64,000 bases of DNA from Candidatus Latescibacterota bacterium. Its GTDB lineage: Bacteria > Latescibacterota > UBA2968 > GCA-2709665. Of this stretch, positions 17,604-26,639 are shown piece by piece; position 1 is the first letter of the stretch, and each line of letters begins with the position of its first letter. The stretch spans positions 26,259 through 90,258 of the forward strand of contig CAXXJS010000050.1 in assembly GCA_963662665.2 (NCBI GenBank). Reading direction: 5' to 3'. A model generated the notes under the pieces. The model was given only the letters and a program-made list of their open reading frames with translations, did no database searches and was not told where the DNA came from. A program made the translations under genes and the position numbers.

Positions 17604-17660
17604 AAAACATTCGTTTAAATCATACGTTTGCTTGAATTCACCCATTGAAGTTCTGAATCG

Positions 17661-18305
17661 ATGAACCAGACCGACACCCACAGCCGCTTGCTCGACGCCG
17701 CCGAGCAGCTCTTTGCCGAACACGGAATCGGCGCCACGTCCCTGCGGGCCATCACTTCCGAGGCGCCCGCAAACCTGGCCGCCGTCCACTACCACTTCGG
17801 CTCCAAAGACGCGCTGATCGAAGCCGTCTTCGCCCGACGGCTGGAACCGCTCAACCGGGAACGCTGCCGCCTTCTGGACGCGGAAGAGGCTGCCGCTGGC
17901 GGCGCACCCTCCATTGAAGCCACCATAAACGCCTTCGTTGCGCCCGTGATGCGGCTGGCGTACGATCCTGCGGGCGGCGGCGAGAACTTCATGCTGCTCA
18001 TCGGAAGGCTCTACTCCGAACCTGGAGACCTGGCATACAAAATCACGGAACAGTTCAGCGAGGTCTTCCATCGATTCACGTCGACGCTTTCGCGCAGCCT
18101 GCCCCACCTGTCCCGGACCGACCTGCTCTGGAGGTTCTTCTTCATGGTGGGCGGCATGAGCATGCCGCTGATGGGGAGGCATATCATTCCGGTCAGAACC
18201 GGCGGACTTTGCGATCCGACAGACATCGAAAACAACATCAAACGCCTCGTTGCCTTCCTCGCTGCCGGCCTCCGCGCCGCCGCCCCCAACGGAGACACAA
18301 CTTGA
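17661..18305 (+). CDS. TetR/AcrR family transcriptional regulator
   Basis: LLDAAEQLFAEHGIGATSLRAITSEAPANLAAVHYHFGSKDALIEAVF is a TetR-family HTH. Confidence 0.9.
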   Translation: MNQTDTHSRLLDAAEQLFAEHGIGATSLRAITSEAPANLAAVHYHFGSKDALIEAVFARRLEPLNRERCRLLDAEEAAAGGAPSIEATINAFVAPVMRLAYDPAGGGENFMLLIGRLYSEPGDLAYKITEQFSEVFHRFTSTLSRSLPHLSRTDLLWRFFFMVGGMSMPLMGRHIIPVRTGGLCDPTDIENNIKRLVAFLAAGLRAAAPNGDTT

Positions 18306-19744
18306 GACGCGTAATTCCCGTTCTCGCCCTGCTGCTGGCGGCCTGCGCCGCAGCGCCCAGGGTGAACCCACCGGACCTGAACGTGACGATCCCGGAGCGC
18401 TGGTCTGCCGGGCAGCCCGGCGCCGTCGAAACGGACACCCTCTGGTGGCGGGCCTTCGATGACGAAACCCTGACCGGCCTCGTCGCGGAAGCGCTCGCGC
18501 ACAACCTAAACCTTCAGGCCGCCGCAGCCCGTGTACGCGCCGCCGCCGCGCGCGCCAGAATCGCCGGCGCCCCTCTATATCCCGATGCGGCGGGCCGAGC
18601 CAGCGGGTCACGCCGCAAACAGAATTTCATCGGCCTGCCCATCCCCGGATCCGGAAACGGCATTCCAACCTCCACCACCAACAGCGTCGGCCTGTCACTC
18701 GATATCTCCTGGGAACTGGACCTCTGGGGTCGGCTGGGCGCCGGGGCGTCCGCGGCGCTGGCCGATATGCAAGCCGCTCGCGCCGATTACGCTGGCGCCC
18801 GACTCTCTCTTGCGGGACAGACCGCCAAGACCTGGTTTGTCGCTGTGGAGGCCCACAGGCAGGTTGAACTGTCGGAAGCCACCGTGGAAAACTTCAGGAC
18901 CTCCAGCGAGGTCGTGCGGGAACGTTACAGACGCGGTCTGCGCCACGCCCTCGACCTCCGCCGCGCCCTGTCCAGCCTGGCCGGCGCCGAGGCCGTCCTT
19001 CAACAACACCGGCTCGTCTTCGGCGCGACCTGCCGTCAACTCGAGGTTCTCATGGGCAGATATCCCGCCGCCGCCCTGAACCCCGGCATTACCCTGCCCG
19101 CGCTGCCCGAAGCCGTTCCCGCCGGCCTCCCCGCGGACCTCGTCTCCCGCAGGCCGGACCTTGTGGCGGCCGAACGCGGGCTGGCGGCGTCCTACGCCCG
19201 TTACACGCAGGCAAAAAGGGCGCTTTTCCCCCGCATCAGCCTGACCGGTTCCGCCGGCACCTCGAGCAAGGAACTGAAAAATCTGCTCGACGGCGACTTC
19301 AGTGTGTGGAACCTGGCGGGAAACATCCTGCAACCGCTTTTCCAGGGCGGACGAATCCGCGGCGGCATTCAGCAGGCGGCCTCGCAATCCGAACAGGCGC
19401 TGGCGCTCTACGTCAATGGCGTCCTGGCCGCCTACGCGGAAGTGGAAAACGCACTTGCGGCCGAGGGCCTTCTGACAAAACTACAGGCCGCGCTCGAAAT
19501 TGCAACCGAACAGGCGCTGGCCGCGCGCCGTCTCGCCGAAGACCGGTACGCGGGCGGGCTTGTGGACCTCAACACGATGCTCGACGCCCAGCGCGGCGCC
19601 TATGCCTCAGAAAGCCAGCTGATTGCCGTACGCCGCCAGCGGCTGGAAAACCGGGTCAACCTGCACCTGGCCCTCGGCGGCGGCTTCGCGGGAATCGACA
19701 GAATGGTTTCGACAACAGCTTCTACGCAAACGGAAGGACTGTAA
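18302..19744 (+). CDS. RND efflux outer-membrane factor lipoprotein (NodT family)
   Basis: The TTG start at 18302 overlaps the tetR stop. Lipobox in LRRVIPVLALLLAACAAAP, followed by the duplicated OMF repeat pattern. Confidence 0.85.
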   Translation: MRRVIPVLALLLAACAAAPRVNPPDLNVTIPERWSAGQPGAVETDTLWWRAFDDETLTGLVAEALAHNLNLQAAAARVRAAAARARIAGAPLYPDAAGRASGSRRKQNFIGLPIPGSGNGIPTSTTNSVGLSLDISWELDLWGRLGAGASAALADMQAARADYAGARLSLAGQTAKTWFVAVEAHRQVELSEATVENFRTSSEVVRERYRRGLRHALDLRRALSSLAGAEAVLQQHRLVFGATCRQLEVLMGRYPAAALNPGITLPALPEAVPAGLPADLVSRRPDLVAAERGLAASYARYTQAKRALFPRISLTGSAGTSSKELKNLLDGDFSVWNLAGNILQPLFQGGRIRGGIQQAASQSEQALALYVNGVLAAYAEVENALAAEGLLTKLQAALEIATEQALAARRLAEDRYAGGLVDLNTMLDAQRGAYASESQLIAVRRQRLENRVNLHLALGGGFAGIDRMVSTTASTQTEGL

Positions 19745-19747
19745 GAA

Positions 19748-21001
19748 ATGAGAACCCTGCAAGACGGAAATCCGGACAGACGCGGTCTTTCAGGCTGGAT
19801 TCGGCGGCATCCGAAGGCGTTGCTCCCCGTCGCGGTGATTGCATTCGGGATGCTGATTGCATTCGTCCTCATCAGTGCACGGTCCGAAGTCGTGGTAGCA
19901 CCCCCGAAGGTGCCGCCCCCGCTGGTACGGGCGATGACAGTCGAAAACCGGGACGTTCAACTTCAGATCGAGGCGCAGGGCATTGTCACGCCGCGCACCA
20001 GGACCAGCCTGGTGTCCCAGGTTGCCGGGCAGATCATCTCGGTCTCTCCTGCATTCGCCAACGGCGGGTTCTTCAAAACCGGAGACGTGCTGCTCGCCGT
20101 CGACCCTCGCGACTACGAACTCGCGGTGGACCGCGCGCGGGCCGTGGTCTCTCAAGCACAGGTACGACTCGCGCGAGAGGAGGAAGAGGCAGACCTGGCG
20201 AAGCAGGAATGGCAGCGCCTGGGCAATGGCGAAGCCACGGACCTGGCCCTTCGAAAACCCCAGTTGGCTGATGCCCGCGCCGCCCTCCAGGCAGCGATGG
20301 CATCCCGGGAACAGGCCCGCCTCGCGCTTGAACGAACCCGGATCCGAGCGCCTTACGAAGGCCGCGTACTCTCCAAGGTCGTGGACCTGGGCCAGTACGT
20401 AAATCCCGGCGCTCCGGTTGCGCGCATATACGCCGTCGACTACGCCGAGATCCGCCTGCCGGTGCCGCACGAACAACTCGCCTTCCTGGACCTGGTCTAC
20501 AACGCCCGCAGCGAACTCGAACCCGGTTCCCGGCCGAAAGCCCGGGTTCAGGCCGTTTTCGCCGGGGCCCCGCGTACTTGGCAGGGTGAAATCGTACGCA
20601 TCGAAGGGGAAATCGACGCCCGCACCCGAATGGTCAATCTGGTCGCCCGCGTCGATGCGCCGTACGATCGGGGAGACGATGCGAACCGCGCGCCGCTTTA
20701 CGCCGGGCTGTTTGTGGAGGTTGAAATCCTTGGGCGGGTCGCCCGGAGCATCGCCGTTGTTCCCCGCTCGGCCATCCGGGGCGCCGATCAGGTGCTCGTC
20801 ATCGACGAGGACGACCGTTTGCGTTTTCGTCGCGTCAATCTGTTGAGACTGGAAGCCGAAAACGCCCTCGTCCGTTCGGGCCTCGCAGGTGGAGAACGGG
20901 TCTGCATATCCACTCTGGATGTCGTTGTGGAGGGCATGCAGGTCCGGATCCTATCTGAAAAGAGCCAGGCCGTGTCCCCGGCTGATGGAGGTGCCGGATG
21001 A
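19748..21001 (+). CDS. RND efflux periplasmic adaptor (MFP/HlyD family)
   Basis: N-terminal TM anchor, then lipoyl/barrel-sandwich and coiled-coil pattern (..RIRAPYEGRVLSKVVDLGQYV..). Confidence 0.9.
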   Translation: MRTLQDGNPDRRGLSGWIRRHPKALLPVAVIAFGMLIAFVLISARSEVVVAPPKVPPPLVRAMTVENRDVQLQIEAQGIVTPRTRTSLVSQVAGQIISVSPAFANGGFFKTGDVLLAVDPRDYELAVDRARAVVSQAQVRLAREEEEADLAKQEWQRLGNGEATDLALRKPQLADARAALQAAMASREQARLALERTRIRAPYEGRVLSKVVDLGQYVNPGAPVARIYAVDYAEIRLPVPHEQLAFLDLVYNARSELEPGSRPKARVQAVFAGAPRTWQGEIVRIEGEIDARTRMVNLVARVDAPYDRGDDANRAPLYAGLFVEVEILGRVARSIAVVPRSAIRGADQVLVIDEDDRLRFRRVNLLRLEAENALVRSGLAGGERVCISTLDVVVEGMQVRILSEKSQAVSPADGGAG

Positions 21002-24000
21002 ATCGCGCAATCGCCTGGTTCGCCGAAAACAGCGTCGCCGCGAATCTGCTCATGGTTGTTATCCTGGCCAGCGGCATACTCACGATTTCCAGCCTCGAAG
21101 TCGAGCATTTTCCGGAGTTCTCGTCCGACGTCATCTCGGTTTCAGTCGTTTATCGCGGTGCGGCGCCGGAGGAAGTGGAAGAAGGCGTCTGTGTGCGGAT
21201 CGAGGAGGCGGTGCAGAGTCTGGAAGGCATCAAACGCATTCGTTCCACCGCTTCCGAAAACCGGGGCAGCGTCAACATCGAACTCAAGCCCGGCGCGGAT
21301 GCCCGCAAGTTGTTGGAAGACGTCAAGTCCGCCGTTGACGGGATCGACACGTTTCCCGACGAAACCGAACAACCCGTCATCCAGGAAGTCTTGTTGCGTC
21401 GCCAGGTGATCAACGTGGCCGTTTCCGGCAACGCCGACGAAGCCACGCTCAAATACCTGGGTGAGCAGGTGCGCGACGAGATCACGGCCATACCCGGAAT
21501 TACCCTGGCGGTACTCAGCGGTGCGCGCCCGTACGAGGTTTCCATCGAAGTCTCCGAATCCGCGCTGAGGCGATTCAGCCTGACCATTGACGAAGTCGTC
21601 CGGGCTGTACGCCGTTCCTCCCTTGACCTGCCGGGCGGCGCCATCAAAACGGAAGGAGGCGAAATCCTGTTGCGGTCAAAAGGGCAGGCCTACCGGGGGC
21701 CGACCTTTGAAGACATCGTCCTGCGCACTCGTCCCGACGGCGCCGCGCTCACCGTTGGCGACGTTGCCAGGGTTGTGGACGGATTTGCGGACGCGGATCT
21801 AACCGGACGTTTCGACCTGGAACCCGGTGTGATTGTACAGGTCTTTCGGGTGGGCGACCAGGATGCGCTTGAAATCTCCCGAAATGTCAAGGAATACGTC
21901 AAATCGGCGGAATCCCGCATGCCCGAGGGCATTTCCCTGACCGTCTACGCGGATTTCTCCAGGATTCTGGAGGGCCGGCTGAACCTGATGCTGAAGAACG
22001 GCCGCGGCGGTTTCATCCTGGTCCTCTTCATCCTGGCCATGTTTCTGAGGCTTCGCCTGGCCTTCTGGATCGCCCTGGGGATTCCCATCTCCTTCCTCGG
22101 CGCTATCTGGGTGATGCCGTCCATCGGCGCGTCCATCAATGTGATCTCGCTGTTTGCATTCATCGTGGTGCTGGGCATCGTTGTAGACGATGCCATTGTC
22201 GTCGGCGAAAACATCTACCGGCGGTTCCAGCAGGGCGAACACGGCCTGCGCGGCGCCATCGCCGGCGCCCAGGAAGTCGCCGTGCCCGTCACCTTTGCCG
22301 TGTTGACCTCCATTGCCGCGTTTTCGCCCCTGTTGATGGTTCCGGGCAACACCGGCAAGATCATGAGACTGATCCCCGAGATCGTCATCCTTACCCTGGT
22401 TTTTTCACTGGTGGAATCCCTGTTCATTCTTCCCGCCCACCTGGCGCACGTCAGGCTGCGCGGCAGAAAGAAAACAAGCGGCCGTATCGGCCGGTTGTTG
22501 AGGGCGTTTCGAGACGGTTTTTCAACTCGCGTGGAAGGGCTTATCCATCGGGTTTACCGCCCGCTGCTCGACCGCTGCCTGGAGTGGCGTTACCTAAGCG
22601 CGTCAGTGGGTGTGGCCGCGCTGACACTGACGGTCGGACTCATTGTCGGCGGCTGGATTCAATTCCTGTTCTTCCCACAGGTCCCGGCAGACAACGTGGC
22701 GGCGAACCTGACGATGCCGCAGGGAACACCCGCCGAGACGACAGCACGGGCCGTCAGCCGCCTTGAAACGTCAGCCTTTCGGCTTCAGCGCGAACTGGAA
22801 TCTGAAAGCGATCAGAAAATCTTCATGCATATGTGGGCCGTTGTGGGGGATCAGCCCCTCAGGACGGCGCAGCGCCGGTTTCAGGGGGGGAATGCCGCTT
22901 ACTCCGGTGCGCACCTGGGCGAGGTCAACGTTGAACTCACGCCCGCCGAGGAGCGAACCGTCAGTAGCGTCGAAATCGCGAGGCGCTGGCGCGAACTTAC
23001 CGGACCCATTTCCGATGCAACGGAACTGACGTTCACCTCGTCCCTCTTTTCCGCGGGCGATCCCATCAACATCCAGCTTACCGGCCCCGACTACGCCGAA
23101 CTCCGGGCCGCGGCGGAAAAGTTGAAGAGCAAACTCGCGGAGTACCCGGGCGTGCTGGACATTGCCGACTCGTTTCGTCCGGGCAAAAAGGAGGTTAAAC
23201 TCGCGCTGACCGAAGAGGCGCGCCTGCTTGGCCTCACCATGTCCGACCTGGCTCGGCAGGTGCGCCAGGCGTTCTACGGCGAAGAAGCGCAGCGCATCCA
23301 GAGAGGAAGGGACGACGTTCGGGTGATGGTACGCTATCCCGAGAGCGAGCGGCGGTCGTTGAATAACCTGGAGACCATGCGCATCCGAACGCCGGAAGGC
23401 GCCGAAGTGCCCTTCTCCGTTGCCGCCCGGACCGAACTCGGGAGGGGCTACGCCGCCATCAATCGCACCGACCGCCAGCGAATTGTAAACGTAACGGCCG
23501 ACGTGGACCGGAACAGAGCCAATGCCAATGAGATTCTGGCCGACGTTACGTCGCAGGTGCTCCCGGCCATTGTGGCGGACCACCCCCGCGTACGCTACAG
23601 CCTCGAAGGCGAGCAGCGGGAGCAGCAGGAAACTGTCTCCGGCCTATCACGAAGCTTCGGCGTCGCCCTCATTGTCATCTTCGGCCTGCTCGCGATTCCC
23701 TTCCGATCCTATCTCCAGCCGTTCATTATCATGGCCGTTATCCCCTTCGGGTTTGTGGGCGCCATTTGGGGCCATATCATAATGGGCCTGGACCTCACCA
23801 TTCTATCACTATTCGGTCTGGTCGCACTGTCCGGCGTGGTCATCAACGACAGCCTCGTCCTCGTGGACTTCATCAACCGCAGGCGCGCGGCGGGAAACAG
23901 CCTGGAAGAAGCCATCCGCGAAGCCGGCGTGGCCCGCTTCCGGCCCATCATCCTCACGTCTCTCACGACCTTCGGCGGCCTCTCACCGCTGCTCTTTGAG

Positions 24001-24198
24001 ACCAGCCTGCAGGCCCAGTTCCTCATCCCTATGGCGACCTCTCTGGGCTTCGGCGTCATCTTTGGTACCGCCGTTATCCTGATTCTGGTTCCCGTCACTT
24101 ACGCCATCCTGGAAGACGTGAGGCACGCCGTCGCCGGGTTGGTCGGCCGCCAGCCGGCCGCCCGCCCGGACGTTGCGCCCGAAACGGGCGATGACTGA
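20998..24198 (+). CDS. RND efflux permease (AcrB/AcrD/AcrF family)
   Basis: 1066 aa. The start overlaps the MFP stop (ATGA). 12-TM architecture with two large periplasmic loops and the typical VVDDAIVVGENI motif. Confidence 0.95.
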   Translation: MNRAIAWFAENSVAANLLMVVILASGILTISSLEVEHFPEFSSDVISVSVVYRGAAPEEVEEGVCVRIEEAVQSLEGIKRIRSTASENRGSVNIELKPGADARKLLEDVKSAVDGIDTFPDETEQPVIQEVLLRRQVINVAVSGNADEATLKYLGEQVRDEITAIPGITLAVLSGARPYEVSIEVSESALRRFSLTIDEVVRAVRRSSLDLPGGAIKTEGGEILLRSKGQAYRGPTFEDIVLRTRPDGAALTVGDVARVVDGFADADLTGRFDLEPGVIVQVFRVGDQDALEISRNVKEYVKSAESRMPEGISLTVYADFSRILEGRLNLMLKNGRGGFILVLFILAMFLRLRLAFWIALGIPISFLGAIWVMPSIGASINVISLFAFIVVLGIVVDDAIVVGENIYRRFQQGEHGLRGAIAGAQEVAVPVTFAVLTSIAAFSPLLMVPGNTGKIMRLIPEIVILTLVFSLVESLFILPAHLAHVRLRGRKKTSGRIGRLLRAFRDGFSTRVEGLIHRVYRPLLDRCLEWRYLSASVGVAALTLTVGLIVGGWIQFLFFPQVPADNVAANLTMPQGTPAETTARAVSRLETSAFRLQRELESESDQKIFMHMWAVVGDQPLRTAQRRFQGGNAAYSGAHLGEVNVELTPAEERTVSSVEIARRWRELTGPISDATELTFTSSLFSAGDPINIQLTGPDYAELRAAAEKLKSKLAEYPGVLDIADSFRPGKKEVKLALTEEARLLGLTMSDLARQVRQAFYGEEAQRIQRGRDDVRVMVRYPESERRSLNNLETMRIRTPEGAEVPFSVAARTELGRGYAAINRTDRQRIVNVTADVDRNRANANEILADVTSQVLPAIVADHPRVRYSLEGEQREQQETVSGLSRSFGVALIVIFGLLAIPFRSYLQPFIIMAVIPFGFVGAIWGHIIMGLDLTILSLFGLVALSGVVINDSLVLVDFINRRRAAGNSLEEAIREAGVARFRPIILTSLTTFGGLSPLLFETSLQAQFLIPMATSLGFGVIFGTAVILILVPVTYAILEDVRHAVAGLVGRQPAARPDVAPETGDD

Positions 24199-24240
24199 AA
24201 CCGGCTTTACCTGCCCATGCGCGGGCGCTCGACCCTGCGC

Positions 24241-24259
24241 CGCAAACTGCCAGTTTGCG
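24241..24259. promoter_or_regulatory. second copy of the 19-bp perfect palindrome CGCAAACTGCCAGTTTGCG
   Basis: Read directly. It lies 43 nt after the RND permease stop. Confidence 0.6.
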
Positions 24260-24363
24260 CTACGGTCTCCGTGCCGTGGTTTCTGGCGTAACCGGCGGAC
24301 CACATTACCCGTTAAACTCAAGCCATTGTCAGCCTGCGCAACCGGACGTCGCTTGTCAGGGCA

Positions 24364-24427
24364 TTGACAATTTTGCAGTCAATTGCAAATTTGTCTTGAC
24401 TTTTTTGCAGTTTAGTGCAAATTTGTC
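24364..24427 (+). repeat. tandem 32-nt direct repeat ending 2 nt before the ATPase ATG
   Basis: TTGACAATTTTGCAGTCAATTGCAAATTTGTC / TTGACTTTTTTGCAGTTTAGTGCAAATTTGTC, about 27/32 identical. Confidence 0.85.
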
Positions 24428-24429
24428 AT

Positions 24430-25614
24430 ATGGCTGAACTGATATCCAGATACCTCGAGACCGCTGTGGCCGACGATCTTAGCGATAGGATGATCTTTGT
24501 CGCCGGGCCACGCCAGGTAGGAAAAACAACGCTCGCGACGCTGCAGGCGAGCCGTTATTCAAACAGCGTATACCTAAACTGGGACAATCGAACCCATCGG
24601 GAACGGATTCTGCGGCAGGAATGGGATCCCGACAGCCAGATTCTCGTCTTCGACGAACTTCACAAGTTCGAACGCTGGAAAGGACTCATCAAAGGCATCT
24701 GGGACACAAGAAGGGAGAATGAACGGATCATCGTAACCGGGAGTTCGAGGCTGGACACATACCGACGAGGTGGTGACTCACTCATGGGACGTTACCACTT
24801 GTACCGGCTCCATCCGTTTTCCGCATCCGAACTTGAAGGCAGGCAGAAACAAAACGACCCGGCCGAACCCTTTGAATTGACATTCGGAAAGGCCAGCCCG
24901 GACAACGTCCGGCATTTGATGGCATACGGAGGATTCCCGGAGCCGTGCCTTTCCGGGCGTTCGCGTACACACCGCCGCTGGCTTCAGGAACGTTTCGAAC
25001 GGGTCTTCAGGGAAGACATACGGGACACTACCGTTGTCAAGTCGCTGTCCCAGATCGAACTGTTGGGCGCGATGATGCCGAAACGCGTCGGTTCTCCGCT
25101 CTCGTTAAACGCAATCTCCGAAGACCTGGAAGTCAGTCCGCACACGGTTCGAACCTGGATGGACCTGCTGTGCCGGAACTACTACACCTTTCCCGTCGCT
25201 CCGTATCACCGTCGCATCGAACGGGCCGTGAAGAAATCGGCCAAATACTATCTGTGGGACTGGTCCGAGGTTGCCGACGAAGGCGCCCGATTCGAGAATC
25301 TCGTCGCCTCTCATCTCCTTAAATTCTGCCATTTCCTTCGGGATGCCGAAGGGATAAAGGCGGAACTGCGTTTATTGCGAGACCGTGAAAAACGTGAAGT
25401 GGACTTTGTGGTTCTATGGGATGAAAACCCGTGGTTCCTGATTGAATGCAAGCTGACCGCACCCCGAAGCCACGGGCACCTCGTTCGTTTTGGTGATCTC
25501 CTGAACGTGAAACAGAGATATGTCGTAACTCTATCCGAAAGAGACGACTACCAGGACCGTCGTACGGGCGTCCGCGTCCTGCCGGCGTCCAGGTTTCTGA
25601 CGGCATTCCCGTAG
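24430..25614 (+). CDS. AAA+ ATPase (COG1373, DUF4143-type)
   Basis: Walker A in MIFVAGPRQVGKTTLA, a later DELH Walker B-like motif, and a C-terminal region like DUF4143. Confidence 0.8.
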   Translation: MAELISRYLETAVADDLSDRMIFVAGPRQVGKTTLATLQASRYSNSVYLNWDNRTHRERILRQEWDPDSQILVFDELHKFERWKGLIKGIWDTRRENERIIVTGSSRLDTYRRGGDSLMGRYHLYRLHPFSASELEGRQKQNDPAEPFELTFGKASPDNVRHLMAYGGFPEPCLSGRSRTHRRWLQERFERVFREDIRDTTVVKSLSQIELLGAMMPKRVGSPLSLNAISEDLEVSPHTVRTWMDLLCRNYYTFPVAPYHRRIERAVKKSAKYYLWDWSEVADEGARFENLVASHLLKFCHFLRDAEGIKAELRLLRDREKREVDFVVLWDENPWFLIECKLTAPRSHGHLVRFGDLLNVKQRYVVTLSERDDYQDRRTGVRVLPASRFLTAFP

Positions 25615-25653
25615 ACAATCCCGAATTGACCGCATGTTTCGCGAAGTGTCCTA

Positions 25654-26442
25654 TTATAGAAGCGACCTGACAAACCCCCCGTCCACCTGAAGCGACGTGC
25701 CGGTGATGTAGCTCGAGCGTTCCGATGCCAGGAACACGACGTAGTCCGACAGTTCCTCCACGGTCCCAAGGCGGCCCAGCGGTATTTCTTCGACCAGCGG
25801 CCGCATCTCGTCCCCGATCGAGGTCCCATGCGCCTTTGCGGCTTCCTCGAACTCTTCCCTCAATAGCTCGGAATCGATAAACCCCGTACAAACGTTGTTC
25901 ACCAGAATCCGATCGCGCGCATATTCGTTCGCAAGGGTCTTCGCTGCGGCCGCAACCGCCGTTCGCAACACGTTCGATACCGTATTTCCGGCCGGCTGCT
26001 TGACCGCGAATGCGCACAGGTTGATAATCCTCCCGCCGCCCCTCGCCTGCATCAGCGGAACGGTGCGCCTGCACATCCGGAGAACGTAATTCAGGATCAG
26101 ATCAGTATATTCCCGCCACATTGCTTCCGTGACTTCCGCAAAAGGCGTCGCGGCCGGACCTCCGGAGTTGTTCACGACGATATCGATGCCGCCAAATGCG
26201 TCCACCGTCTCCCTCGTCAGTCGATCGACGGTCTCCTCAACGGAGAGATCTCCGGCCACGGTGAGTACGTCCGAGCCCGTTAAGGCCCGGATTTCTGCCG
26301 CCACCGCTTCGAGACGGCGCTCGTTTCTCGCGCAAATGGCGACCCGCGTCCCCTCCCGGGCAAGCGCCATCGCGCATCCTTTCCCCAGGCCGCGGCTTGC
26401 GCCTCCCACAACCGCCACCTTATCCTTCAATCCCATGTTCAT
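25654..26442 (-). CDS. SDR family oxidoreductase
   Basis: MNMGLKDKVAVVGGASRGLGKGCA contains TGxxxGxG. GAGGAG RBS upstream. The longer ORF N-terminus is not SDR-like. Confidence 0.85.
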   Translation of the reverse strand: MNMGLKDKVAVVGGASRGLGKGCAMALAREGTRVAICARNERRLEAVAAEIRALTGSDVLTVAGDLSVEETVDRLTRETVDAFGGIDIVVNNSGGPAATPFAEVTEAMWREYTDLILNYVLRMCRRTVPLMQARGGGRIINLCAFAVKQPAGNTVSNVLRTAVAAAAKTLANEYARDRILVNNVCTGFIDSELLREEFEEAAKAHGTSIGDEMRPLVEEIPLGRLGTVEELSDYVVFLASERSSYITGTSLQVDGGFVRSLL

Positions 26443-26639
26443 CTGAAGATCTCCTCGGATTGACGTGACAACGGCCCTCCGTTCACCCGTACGTTCGCAT
26501 GGGACAACGAACGACCGCATTTTGATTGACATTCGTTCACGCCGCGCGCATGATACCAGACACTTCGGCGGATTCCAACGTACGGACGTTTCGCCGCAGA
26601 TCCATGTCTTACACCACACCAGAAAGAAGAGGCCGGAGT

